A stretch of DNA of 64,000 nucleotides from Raja brachyura (Eukaryota). A program made the position numbers and the translations under genes. Numbering within the stretch: the stretch's first letter is position 1; each line of letters opens with the position of its first letter. The DNA is taken from assembly GCA_963514005.1 (NCBI GenBank), contig OY740809.1:20398001-20462000 (forward strand), in the 5' to 3' direction. The notes under the pieces were generated by a model that had not been told where the DNA came from, ran no database searches, and saw only the letters and a list, made by a program, of their open reading frames with translations. Shown here piece by piece: positions 38,033 through 51,569 of this stretch.

Positions 38033-40599
38033 CTTAGAAATAAATTCAGACTTAGTGTGATCTTTAACCAAATTGAGAATATCCGTAGCTGTAAATCTGC
38101 AATATGACCACAGTAAATAATGCAAATAGAAACATGAGTCATAACAATAGAACATTACTGAGATTTAACACGGTTGAAAATCGACAGAGGCTGAAATGTC
38201 TGACACTGGATGTTATATTATCTTACTTATAGTATGTATCACGCTATTATTTTCCTTCTGTATATCTGACATTTTCTTCAACCTAAATATGCAAATTTTG
38301 AGCAATATTTGCATTTCCAGCTCTTATTTCTCTTCACCAGGTTTTTTGCTTACTTGGATAACCCCTGCAAAATGCCTTAGAATGTTTACTGTGCCCATAC
38401 AATTGGAAGCAGTTGCAGCAGTCTTCAGAAATTTATGCAATGGACAACAGTGACGTCCAAACAAATGACGATTCCAACCAGCTCTTGATTCGTGCTGGAA
38501 AATATGTGAATAGTGCTTCTCTGAATACGAGCAGAAATGACCCTTGATCTTACTCATTAAGAGCAGTCCAATTGAGGGCATTAAAGTAATGAAATTGGAG
38601 GTAGAATTGGTAGGCAAGTTTACTCTTTATAAATAAATATGCAAAGGTTTTCCCTACACGCAGACACCAATTGCAATGCGCATATGCGACCAGAGGGGAG
38701 GATGTGCAGAGCTGTGTTTGACCTGCGGGTACTAATTAGCTAGGTTTAACTTTTTATGTGCGAGCAGATTCTATTTGGACAGTTTTTCATGTTAGGTACA
38801 TGCCAGCATTGTAACTATGCTAGATGCAGAGTACAGGCCTTCAGTCCTACAGCTGGGTTATTGTCTGGCCAATAGATTTAGCCGTTTCCAGTTCTCTCAT
38901 GGGGCTAAAAGGAAGTACCTGACCTAAACAATCCAAAACAAAATCTCAACTCATGCATACTCTCTGATTGGGGCATTATGCCTCTCTAAATTTATCTTCT
39001 GGTGCTTGGATGTATCTTAGCCACAATATCACAAACATTATTTTCAATCTTTGGTCTGAGTTATCCAGTATTACGCATCGGGTGGCCAATTTCACTTGAC
39101 TCTGACAATTCCATTAGCTTAAAAATAGTTATAGCTGGTCAACAAGTGGGTTTAAGTGAGGGTGTGAGAGTTCAAGATATGCACGTAACTGTTAAGAGTG
39201 AAGGGTATGGCTGGCAGGAGTAAGATGGTATAGGTATAGGCAGCTGGGATCAAGAGTTCCCTTGGAGGAGTTTAGGGGATTGAATAATTTGCTTGGGAAG
39301 GAAACCAGGAAGACAAAAGGGGGGCAGGAGATAGCTGGCAGATAAGATTAAGGAGTGTCCAAAGAGATTTTATATTAAGTGAAAGGTGTGACAAAGTGGT
39401 CGGCCACGTGTGAAATCGCAAGAGGTGGGCAAAGTCCTGGGCATCGTAATAGCAACCTGAGAGGACAGCTTCTTCACACAAAGCATTTGGAATGTGCTAC
39501 CTGACTGAGGTAACAATACATTTAAAGTCATTTGGAGAGGTACACGGATAAGAACGTTTCAGATGCATTTGGGCCAAGATGCTCTATTACTCCAGGACTC
39601 TATGTGTTTGTTTGAAGCAGCTAGAATGTAATGAACAAAACATTATTGCTTACTCTTTATTAAGGATCACATTAACAGAGTTTCTGAACAAGGTGAATAT
39701 AACAGCAAATAACAAATTACAGGACAACTGTTTATTTACTGTGACCACATCAAATAAAGTCAAACTGCAGTATTTACACAAATCAGCAAATGATGTAGAA
39801 AGCCCCATTAAAAAGAAAGGCATTGAAATAGTTACACATCTTCCTTATTTCCAAAGCAAATCTGTAACATATAAGTGAAGTTGGCAGAGAGAGCCACCTT
39901 CAATGAGTGCCATCAGTGTTCTTGGAAACGACATATACCCTGAAACACCATGTCCATATTGCAGGTGTGATTCTCTGGCCCGAGTGTAATTTTGGAAAAC
40001 AGCAATTGAAGGATTAATTAAAAAATCCTAAAAAAATCATGTACGTTTTTAATAATCTTCTGTTCAGTAAAAATATTTGATCCGATTATTGTAGTAGTTT
40101 GTACATCAAGTTTATTTTCAATAAAATTGTAAATAACCAGTAATAACTACTGGTATTACTTTGATTTCTGGCAATGTTTAACAGCGTTAACAATGTGGAT
40201 TTTATTGATCCAAAGCAACCTTTATAAAACTGTTTAAAACTCAAGTTCGATCATGGATCTTTCCCAGGTAGCAATTTTTTTTTTAATTCGCAAGTCATGT
40301 GAAGCAATACAAAATTATGAAAGTATAAAAGTCACAGCATAGCTCATTCAACCTCAACATATGGAGTTTATGGTCAAAGATTTGTACTTTGGATAGCTTT
40401 TTTTCACCTTACATTGAACTGAGTTGTCAGGTAATGTGCTTTGATTTATAAAATTATGTAATCTCCATTTTATCACATTTCATTCAATGGATAATTTTCA
40501 TGTGAAAAATAATAATAGTTTAATCATGTTCTTTAATCACTTTCAGAATTATAAAATACATTCCTTTGTCATTCTCAGTAGAACTACATTTTTTGCTGA

Positions 40600-43500
40600 T
40601 TATGAAACGCCTTCCATTTTCACTGTCCAGCCATTTTTTGAGGGAGCAGTAAATGTAGAAAGAGGGGACAGGGAGATGAGAAGGCCTTTGGTGGGAGATG
40701 TCGTCCATTTCAAAGGTTTTGGGATTCCCAACATTGTCACCTGGAGAGATAGCACAAGAGCATGAAACGAGAACAATTCATAGGATGCATCTCAGTCTGG
40801 TGACAACTGTTTTCCTCTTGACCACATTATCCTACAGAGTGGTGAACACAGCCAAGTCCATCATAGGTCTATCACTTCCTTCCACCCAGCCCATCTTCAT
40901 GGTACATTAGTATTAGGAAGTTGGAAGTGAAGGATGCCTGTTACTCTGGCCATTCCCTTTACTCTACCTTCTTGGAGATGACTTAGGAGCTCAAAAGCCT
41001 GAAGTACAGCTTCTTCTCCCTAACATACTCGAGAATTATTCAACTCCTTCCAATAGGTGCTGTCATGTACCTTTACTCATAACTTTGCCTTATTCCATTA
41101 ACGCACTTTTGTAATTTTTGCAATACTTCAAATCACACTACAATCTGCACCATTCTGCTGTTTTGCATTTTTTTGTATTTATCATCACCATGTCTACTGT
41201 TTACCATAATCGTCATGCAAACTAGAGAATTCTATTACACCCTGGTGCATATTACAAATTAATCCAAATCTGAAGCCTGGTGCAGAATTGAAATGTAGAA
41301 ATATGTAGGTTTTTCCATGCGTCTGGGAGATTCAAGAACGGTGCCACTAAATCAGAAAAGGTGACCGAGGAAAGACCTAGAACCTGACACAAGACGCTCT
41401 TGCATGGACTTGCGTCTGGCATGACAAACATCGCAAACATCAACATGATAGAATGAAGCTTGATGTACTGCATGGTATGACTTCAGTTGCAATAAATGTT
41501 AACTCTTGTTATCAATCTAGACTTGGGGAACAAGTAGTATTTGTGAGATGATTTATTGCAAGATCCTTTTGTCAAACAGCCTTGGAATAAATTGCCAAAC
41601 ATTATTTTAAAAGAAGTTGACGAAAAACTAAATGGGGAGAATGCTATTTAATTAATATATAGGTCAGAAGGAAATGACAATAGGCCAGGTTTACTGAGGG
41701 TCTAATTTGCACTTTATGACCATAACAATTTAAGTATAAATTAAGTATAGTTATGGAAGGATAAAGATGAGTGAGAAACGAACTGTCAAGAGAGCAATAT
41801 TAAAAAGACAAATTGATGAGGAAAAAGCTGAAAAAATATTGAGATGAAGGAAGTGGAAAGTTAATTGGGGATTTTTAGAGTTTTTTTGGTTGTGTTATAT
41901 TCCAGGACAAGCCAAGCATGCAACCTGAATAAAGTAGATTACTCCTGGGGTATTGAAATATCTAGAATAAATAAAAGATGAAGCTCGAAATTTCAGAAAA
42001 TGACGAAGGAGTAAAGAATATCAAACTGTTGACTAAAAAACCATTGTCAGCAGCAAGCGATGATTCTAGAGGATATTTGTTTGCCCAGAATAGCATGAGG
42101 TAGCCTGTAGGTAATTTCTGAGAATACTACATGGCAGAATGACTATCGATTTATGCTTTTGTTACCAGTGAATGGGCAGAGAAGTCCAAGTAGAAAAAGC
42201 ATGAGGGAGCTCTTAGACTAGAATATCCTTAAACATAGATGGATATATTATCATTTCCGTAAGCAAAATAAATTGTTTTCTGATACTTAACAAATATGGA
42301 ACTTCTAAAAGATATCCCAGACAGAATATTGGAGAAAAAAAAAATAAGAAGACTCAGAATGACAAGGAATATGGCTGATGAATAAAAATATTGTAGCAAA
42401 TGTTGGATAATTTAATAAAAAGGAACAGGAGGGGTTAAAGGAGGAAAATTAAGTATACATTTGTGTTATGTTCAATCTTAGGACAACAATTACCAAACTT
42501 ATATAATGTATGTACAATTAGCAACCATGAAAACCAGGGCAAAAGCAAACAGATTTGATGATGATTGTCATTTGGAACAGACTGAAATCATTGGAGTCAA
42601 CTATGAAAGGTTGGCTATAGATCAAGAAGTTGGTTGGGAATGAAATAAGTTTTATATACTTACAGTGGTGTTTGGTAAGGTCTTTGGCGATTCCAGTTGT
42701 AGGATGTTGTCAATGGGCCACTTTGTAAATATTCCATAAACTGAGGATCCTTTACTGGTGTACCTGGAAGGAAGAAAAGAGTAGAATGTAAAGGTGAGCA
42801 GTGAATTAAGACACTGCTTGCCACAGAAGGCTGTGGAGGCCAAGTCAATGGAAATTTTTAAGGCAGACATAGATAGATTCTTGTTTAGTACGGGTGTCAG
42901 CGGTTATGGAGTGAAGGCAGGAGAATGGAGTTAGGAGGGAGAGATAGATCACCCATGAACTCTTGTACATCATTCGGCTTGTACTCGCTAGAATTTAGAA
43001 GATTGAGGGGGGATCTTATAGAAACTTACAAAATTCTTAAGGGGTTGGATGCAGGAAGATTGTTCCCGATGTTCTTAAGGTCCAGAATAAGGGGTCACAG
43101 TTTAAGGATAAGGGGAAATTCCTTTAGGACCGAGATGAGGAAAACATTTTTCACATAAAGAGTGGTGAGTCTCTGGAATTCTCTGCCACAGAAGGTAGTT
43201 CAGGCCAGTTCATTGGCTATATTTAAGAGGGAGCTAGGTGTGGCCCTTGTGGCTAAAGGGATCAGGGGGTATGGAGAGAAGGTAGGTACAGGATACCGAG
43301 TTGAAATGATTAGTCATGATCATATTGAAGCCCCCTAACATCAGGTTAATTTATATTTAAGGTTTGAAAATTGGTGATTAACTGATGCGCTCCAGTAAAA
43401 TGGAAGTAGATTCAACTTTCACCTCAGGAAGTAATTCAGGAGTCTTCCAAGTTTTTAATCCTATAGACTTGAAGCTGAATCTATTTTTAAAAATCCCCAA

Positions 43501-46500
43501 AAGTAAATGAGTAGAAGTTTGCACAGTTTCCTGTGACCTCATGGGTTTCCTCCCACATCCCAAAGACATGAGGGTTTGTACGTTAATTTGTGTCTATACA
43601 TTGCCCCAGTGATAGGGAATGGGTGCAAAAGTGGAAAAACAAATTAGCGTGAACAGGTGATCGATGGTTAATATGGACTCAGTTGGAGCCTGTTTCTATG
43701 CTGTATCTTTCAATCAATCAACTCCCCTTTAATCATTTTGCCATTTACCTGAACTATGGGGTAATTTACAGTGACCAATTAATCTACCAGTATCTCTTTG
43801 GGACAAGGGAGGAAAGAAAATGGTCACAGAGTGAACATGCAAACTCCACTCAAGACAGCACCCGAGGTCACGATCAATTCCAGATCCCTGGAGCTGAGGA
43901 AGCAGTACTATTCATTGCACCATCTTGCCTCCCATCTTTAAACATGAAGTGACTGAATATAGGAATGAAGAATGGTGCAAAGTGAAAATAAATAGTTGCT
44001 ACATTTAAACCCGATGGATATTACCATATTATATTTGTAGAGTTCTCTTTCTGAACTCTCCATGGTGTTGATGCATATATTGCTTCACCATTAACACGCA
44101 ACCACTGTCCCAGGCCACGCAACCTTTCCTCAAAAATAGGAGGTATGGTGCCGTCTTTCGTTGGACCGATGTTGAGCAGGAAGTTGCCACCATAAGCGAT
44201 AGTATCCAGTAAATTCTGCCAGAAAGAGAGAGATTTTGCAATGATATCCAATACCACAGTTCCGATTCTAATTCCAGGCCTCATAACAACAATGGACCAT
44301 TATATTTTTGCACAATTTCTCAAGACCATCCCAGAGATCCTACTGGATTGCTACTGTGCATATCACCCTAGTTTGCTAAATAAATTGTAGTATTTGCACA
44401 TGATTAACTAGCTTTAAGCATCCACCATCATCACATAAAAATACTTTGTAAAACATTTTCAATTATTTAAAAATTCCTTGCATTAATCTAACTCAAAGCA
44501 CCATCACTTAATGGCAAGTCCTGCGGAAACTGCAACTTCATTTTCTCCATAAATATCTGCTTGAAAGACATTGATTCAATGCAAACCAACTCACTTAAAT
44601 GTACGGAATGGCTTCTCACTGTTACAGCTGGACTGAAAACATTTTACAGTGTCCTGATTGAATACTAATATTTCTGGTTATTTATTAGTAGGCTTAACAG
44701 TTGAACACAGCATCCCTGTACTGGTTTCAGAAACATCCTGCTCAAAGTTAGTGGCACATGGGTCAAATGTTATGTCCACGACTGGTTGAGACACAAGTAG
44801 GAAACGATCTGACCTCTGTTTTCATTTGTTTGCTGAGAAAGTTATCCCAATGCACTTTTGCCTGGACTCATTTTCATTCCAGTGATGTACCATATTGATT
44901 AACCTGGAGTACATACAGTGAGAAGGGATGGCAGATCCATCACGTCGCTCATCATCATATTTCTGCGATATCCCCATGACCTTTTGTCGACTGAGGTGCA
45001 CATCTCCCATTTATGGTTCTGTAGTTTACTGGGACTGTATTTGTCTTGGCAGTTGTAGAAGCCACCATGTTTACAAGCGCAGCCAACTCCCCAGCGGTCA
45101 TTAGTTACCACAGTATCCTAGTGACAGAAATTATATATTTTTTAGACTTGTATTTAGATAGCAGTTTTACAACCACACCATGTTACCAAACACTTTACAG
45201 CATAAAGTGATAGGGCATAACAGGAAACACAATTTTATTACCAGCAGAATCAATATGCAGGGGACTGGAATTATTTCAATACATTTGTCTACATACCATA
45301 AAATGGGGTGGAAAGTGTCTACACGATGAAACTAAATTTAGTGGAAAAGAAAGAACAAAAAATAGTGCAACTTTGTCAAAGATACCTGGGAGGTCAATAA
45401 AATTAATTCTGCAAGAAATGAACAGAGCATAAATTGAAAAGATCCAATATGAAAACAATGAAGCTAGCCAACCCAGAGCACTTAGACAATCAAACTAGTG
45501 TGGGTATCGAAGTACTTCGATTTGATGTGAAAAGTGTGAACAAAAGTAGATAAGTTATTTTAAGAAGGTGATTCCATCAATTTAAAACAAACTTTTTAAA
45601 ACTCAAACAATATAAAGTTGGTAAACACAACACCCAACTGCTTCATCACATAAGATGCTGCCCACATTTTGAGTTGGTGATTGTAAATGACCCAACGTGT
45701 TTAAATAAGGTGAAGTTGCAGCTCTGTCATGAAGCTTGACGTGATCTACAGACTTTCCCACAATTAAAACCATTACTACGTTGATCAAAATGTGGGGGGG
45801 AAACACGGCTAATCAATTGTATGATAGGGGAATTTTTCAAACAATTCAGTTCATTGTAAAGCCAACAGCTTTAAATGAATAACTGGAGCAGTCTGAAGAA
45901 GGGTCTCGACCAACCATTCTTTCCCTCCAGAGATGCTGTTCCACTAAGTTGCTCCAACATTTTATGTCTATCTTCGGCATAAACCAGCATCTGCAGTTCC
46001 TTCCCACACAGCTTTAAATGATATTTTGTTAATACAGAAGTAAGAAAAAAAAAAACAGGTAAATGAGCCTAATCCCAAATAGGCCAATAAATAAATTAAA
46101 AATGAAAAAACTGATCATTGTTAAATTATAATCACCGATATGGATTGCGAATATTGTTTATATATACCTTGACAGGACTATCATTGTAAAGCCAGGCGAG
46201 AAATCCAGTGGAATTCCAGTAAGTATCCGGTGCCTCCCAGTCCCCATCTGACCAGATTATATCAGGTTTATATCTATCAGAACACAAAACAAAATTCCTA
46301 TAATTTCTAGACATTCATGCGGCAAAAACCTGATTCTATTTACCAAGGAATGACATTGTCTTCTTTAAAGATATCTTAAAATTAACATTGGTTCTTTTGG
46401 AATTCAACTAGGGAATTACGTCATCTCAATTAGTTTGAATGCAGTAATAGTACTAGGATTACCAATATTACGAGGCTTAAAATATAAGCAGCAAATTAAT

Positions 46501-49500
46501 GATGTAACTGAAATTATTTTGTCTGATTACATTGTTGTTAAATCATATGGGGGAAATAAAAGATAATTTGATGCTTTCACCCATTCATGCTACACCAGAG
46601 TATATTTTTAAAGTGAAACAATGTGACAGCCGTTTAGCTGCCTTGAAGTGAAAAATTCCCGCTAATTTTAGCAATTTTTTCCATCCTGAGGAGTTTTATT
46701 TTGATTTTCAAAAGACTCAGATCCCAGGTGCAAAGTTAAAGCACCATCTACTGGTCTCTCTGATAAAGGCATAATACAAGAGACACTGCACACATCAAAT
46801 GTGTTTGTTAGTGATGAGAACATTTACAACAAAAGATTGCAAAACTATCATATGGCATTACCTTGTGACCAGATCGTAGAGTTCTGGTAAAGTTTTTTCC
46901 ACAACAAATTTCTGGGTCTTGAATTTGTTTAGCTTGTCATACAAGTAGAGAGGGTTAAACCACTCAAAGAGAGAATGGTACACTCCATAATATAACTTCC
47001 TATTACAAAAGAACAACAATTTTGCAATATTAAACTCGGAATGTCAGTTTATTTTACATAACAGTTGTGCATGGTTAAAAATAGCCCATGTATTGTTGCA
47101 TGCTATCCAGTCAAAGACAAGATTTTACATGATTATAATCAACCCATCCACAGCATTCAAATACAGGGTAAAGTTCAATTAAAGATAGTTCTAAGGTCTC
47201 CAATGAGATAGATGGGAGTTCAGGACTGCACTCTAGCAGGTGAGAATTGATAGAAATAAATAATTCTCATTGGCAGAAGGATCAGGAAATGGGGAGGCAA
47301 TAATAAAGGCTATTGGCAAACCAACCAAACAGGCGAGTGATTAGGATCTGGAATACGCTGCCGAAGGTAGCAGTGGAAACAGATTCTGTATAATTATTAT
47401 GGACTTCATTTGTCTGTATAGACCAGGGCAATTATAAATACAGTGAATCTTCCCCAAATACATAATATTAATACAGACCGTTTACGAACAGCAGCTGCCA
47501 GATCACCCACTAGATCTCGATGTGGTCCTGTGTCAATGGAGTTCCAGTTCCAGGACACTGGTGATCCCCAGTTTGTGAACCCTTCATGGTGTTTTGTTGT
47601 CAGCACCACATATCTGAAAATATAAACCACAGGAAAACAATTAGTCAATAACAACCAAGGCCAAAAGGCAAGTAACTCTTAGATATATCTGCAAGCCATC
47701 TTTATTTTAAAACACAGACCAATGCTTGTAGTTCGAGCTTGGCATTTTAAAGCGTCTATAAATTAGAGTGAAACGTGTGAACATTAAGTGTGCTTTTAAT
47801 TTAGATGTACTGTGAAGGTTACCTATTCACAAGTTTTCAGGGTTACACACCGAGTTTGCGGTGACCGGCAATCAACCGTACACTAGTTGTATCCTACACA
47901 CTAAGTAGAACTTACAGAACCCAATTAACCAACAAACCTGCACGTCTTTGGAATATATAATGAGCACCCTTAGAAAATCCACTCAGTCACAGGGAGAAAT
48001 TACAAACTCCATACAGACAGCACCCATACTCAGGATCGAGCCCAGGACCCTGGCGCTTTAAAGCAGTAGCTCTACCAATGCACCGTCTCATAGCTATGCC
48101 ACAATGCTACCCATATTCATTGGGATGAGCCATCATAAGTGCTTGAACATTGATAAGAGATCTCTGAAATTTGTCTTTCCAGAGGAAACTGAACGAACAG
48201 TGCGTTTCAGCTATTCTCTTTGTGTTTCAGATTTCTAATTCTGATTAGGGCACAACTTCCAATAATGTACTGAAGAAATAATTCATGCTCATTCGCTTTT
48301 ATTTTAACAATGGAGCCAAAGCCACTGAAAGTTAGTTAAAACACCACGCTTGACACATATTGAATGGGGACACCACCCTGTGCACTCTACACTGAAAAAG
48401 GGTTCCGACCTGAAACAATGCATATCCATTTGCTCCACAGATGCTACCTGACCCACTGAGTTCCTCCAGCACTTTGTGTTTTGCTCAAGATTCCAGCAGC
48501 TGCACTTCCTCGTGTCACACTTGCACTACCTCAGCCATTCAACCCCATTGCCCCTTTTTCTCGTTCTCAGAAGAATAGGTGTTGAGATAAATTATCGGCA
48601 ATGCCAGGTTCAACACGTGTTCTGACAGAAAGGAGACAAAGTGCTAGAGTAAGGTACGCGGGTCAGGCAGCATTGTTGGAAAACATGGATAGTGACGTTT
48701 CGGGGTAAGACGCTTCTTCAGACTGTTGGAGGATGGGGGTGGGGAGAAAAAAAGCGAGAAGATGGGAGAGGCAGGACAAAGCAGAGCAGGTAAAAGATAG
48801 ACAAGCAAGGAGTGGAGTGTGATAGATGGTTGCAACAGAGGTCAGATATAAGAGCTGGAAATTGCAAAGCTAGTGGGAGGAAAGTCACAAGAGGGGTGGG
48901 AGAAATAGGTGGGAGGTAGATGGGGCACATGGGGGAAGAGAGGGGGAGGGAGGTTTTGTGGGGAACCCCATCATGGATAGCACTCTAAACAAAGTTTTTC
49001 ACTGTATCCTTGGACACGTGACAATACCAAAACTAAACAGGGAAAGGTGCAGGAAGGAACTGCAGATGCTAGTTTACACCCAACATAGACACAAAATGCT
49101 GGAGTAACTTAGCGGGACAGCAGCATCTCTGGATAAGTCTGCTTTGGTTCAACTCATCCTGCACCACTGCCCTGGCCGGTTTCAGTTCTGCTCGTTTAAG
49201 ATCTTTGGTTTGAGCAGCTGATGCTGGCGGTTGTCATGTGACCGGTCACATGAACGAGAGCTCACGTGAAGCTCGGGCTAATTATTCAAACTCAGCAATA
49301 CTGTAAATGTAACATTGGCGACATTGCCTAGACCGGACAAAACACGTCTCTAGTCAAAAATAGATAAGAAAAGCTAGAATAACTCTGCGGGGCAGGCAGC
49401 ATCTCTGCAGAGAAGGATTAAATGGGGGACGTTTCGAGTCGAGACCCTTCTTCAGACTGACATCTCTAGTCACCCATCTTTTTATCAATAAAGACATTTC

Positions 49501-49946
49501 TACACCAAATCTATCCTTTCTCGACACTGAAAATCGGTGGCTGCTGACATTTGCTCGGCTTTGGCTGCGCTTTTCACGAACCTAGCTCCGGATTCCTCGA
49601 ACAGTTCCGCCCATTGATCCGGGTTGAAGAAGGTGGCGGTGAATTCTGGAGCGAACTCGCTGTATTCGAACCCCGGTGGGTAGTTCTGTGCCATAAACGC
49701 CACATAGCTAAATTCCCTCCTTCCCTGCCAGTTCCACCAGAACCACTCGCTGCCGAAGCTGGGCACGGAAAACACTCCCCAGTGGATGAAAATCCCAAAC
49801 TTGCTCTCATCGTACCAGCTGGGTAAAGGCCTGCTGTCAAGACTCTTCCAGTTCGGTTGGTAAGGGCCATCGCAGAAAGCCCTGGAGCATAAATACCCGG
49901 TAAGGCAAATAAAACTCAAGAGACTCTTGCACCCCATGATCTGCAT
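40600..49946 (-). CDS. FUCA1: Tissue alpha-L-fucosidase (GH29), copy B, 8 exons, ~458 aa, intact
   Basis: Exons: 49946-49582, 47613-47479, 46999-46862, 46273-46168, 45117-44917, 44215-44025, 42763-42664, 40740-40600. Same lengths and phases as copy A, GT-AG sites, catalytic motifs intact; about 27 aa differences from copy A by manual count. Confidence 0.95.
49233..49269. promoter_or_regulatory. Cluster of three CLEAR/M-box motifs in FUCA1-B intron 1
   Basis: GTCATGTGAC (49233-49242), GTCACATGA (49245-49253) and TCACGTGA (49262-49269); 49234-49253 is a perfect 20-bp palindrome. Confidence 0.5.
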
Positions 49947-50009
49947 CCTTTGTACATAGAACAGGAAATGATCGCTCCTGTTACGTCACTTCAAGCATAG
50001 ACTTTCAAC

Positions 50010-50037
50010 CAAAGATCCTATTGCTGTAGGATCTTTG
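50010..50037. mobile_element. Paralogous copy of the 28-bp micro-MITE at the FUCA1-B promoter
   Basis: CAAAGATCCTATTGCTGTAGGATCTTTG flanked by CTTTCAAC at 50002-50009 and 50038-50045. Confidence 0.7.
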
Positions 50038-51431
50038 CTTTCAACGATGCAGCAAGCAATGCAGAACCAAAGAACTGCAGATGATTGTTCACCCAGGAAA
50101 GGCACAAAGTGCTGGAGTAAGTGACTCAGCGGATCAGACCGCAACTCTCGGGAACGTGGATAGATTACGTTTCTGGTCGGGACACTTCTTCAGATAAGCA
50201 TGCAATTCAATTAATTGTAAATAATCCCGGTTTATCAATTTTGTGAATTTAAACATTTCTTCCTCGGTGAGCATTTTCATTTGAAAATAGCAATGTCCTC
50301 AATTCACTGTGTGGGTTCTATCAATGTTTGTGCTCCCAAAATGCAACACTTCACACGTCTCTGTTAAATTCCATCAATCATTCTTCCGCCCACCTGACAA
50401 ACTGATCAAGATCCTGCTGCAATTTCTGACAACCATCTTCATGGCGGGACATGGTCATATCTTGGAGTTTCCTGCTGAAACCCAACCCAAATCTCCCCAA
50501 AATATATTTCTACATGTCTATTTAACCAACGTTTGTACAATGCAAACTCTGTAGATTTTTAAAAGCTAGAATGTTCATATCTTTAGCAGACATGCATTAT
50601 GGTTCTGTAGGTAGGAAAATAACAATGAATAAGATTAATCTATTACAAGAATGTTTTAATGCATTTCTTTATGTGATGCCATCTGGTCATGTCTGATATT
50701 TTGGTTCACTTTCCAAAGAATGGCCCTTTAACATAACCCAAAAGTTAAACATGCCTGAAAGTTGTGTAAATAGTTCCACATGAAGAATTAACATTAAAAA
50801 TACACAAAATGACACAAAATATTAGAGTAACTCAGCAGGCGAGACAGCATTGCTGGAGAACATGGATAGGTTAACTTATTAAAAATGACAAGCACCTTAC
50901 CTAAAAAGTATAAAATCTACCCTGAACCTTCATCTGTCAGATCTATCCTTTGTATTATTTTTCAACACCATAGGAATATAATTTATTTTTCTTCTGAACA
51001 GTGTAAAATAACATGGCTTATTTCACAAATAATTGCATTGATCAAAGTTTTTAACTTCACAGCTCTGATCAGTCAGGCAGCTTGCCTGACTTCCATTATT
51101 AGATCAGCATAAATATCCATCCATGAAATATTGGAAAAGAACAAACCTTAGCCTCTATCACTAACTGTACCATTGACACTGACTCCATCCCATTGCCTGG
51201 TAATGAAGTAATACAGCAATTTGGAAGTCCCAAGCAGCTCTCAATATACTCCTTCATCAAAATGGCGCCTTGATCAATTTCCAATGCCCCACTCACCTGT
51301 TGATGCTCACCTGTTGATAAAACACATTCATGCCTTTGTTTCTGGACTTAATTGTTAGAAGAACAACTGAAAATACTATTCTTTGCCAAAGATTTTGGCT
51401 AATGCTAATCCAGTTTGAGCTGTATATTACG

Positions 51432-51569
51432 GGGTGGGAGATTGCAACCTTAACGTGGTCCGCCCTGTTTCAACAAATGCAATCAATCCGGCGTGCACAA
51501 TCAAATAAGATCAAATAGAACAAGTTGTCTGACAACTTTAGGCTGTGCACGCCATACGCAAGAAGAAGT
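51432..51569 (+). mobile_element. Short 5'-truncated non-LTR insertion with (AAG)n tail (RTE-like)
   Basis: 9-bp direct repeat TATATTACG at 51423-51431 and 51570-51578; the insert ends GCAAGAAGAAG. Confidence 0.55.

Larger units (their letters stand above)
14005..38465. repeat. Segmental tandem duplication, unit A (FUCA1 copy A plus ZBTB8A 3' part); paralogous to ~38470-54125 and 57703-57920
   Basis: Collinear similarity by eye: 14280-15108 vs 38730-39530; 17175-32770 vs 39565-50300; 34720-38465 vs 50300-54125, with unit-specific insertions and deletions. Confidence 0.92.

Noticed and set aside
18193-49946. Assignment of either copy to FUCA2
   Set aside because: The 8-coding-exon layout and motifs [14 protein letters not shown] and HKWEMCTS fit FUCA1, and the two copies are far closer to each other than FUCA1 is to FUCA2.
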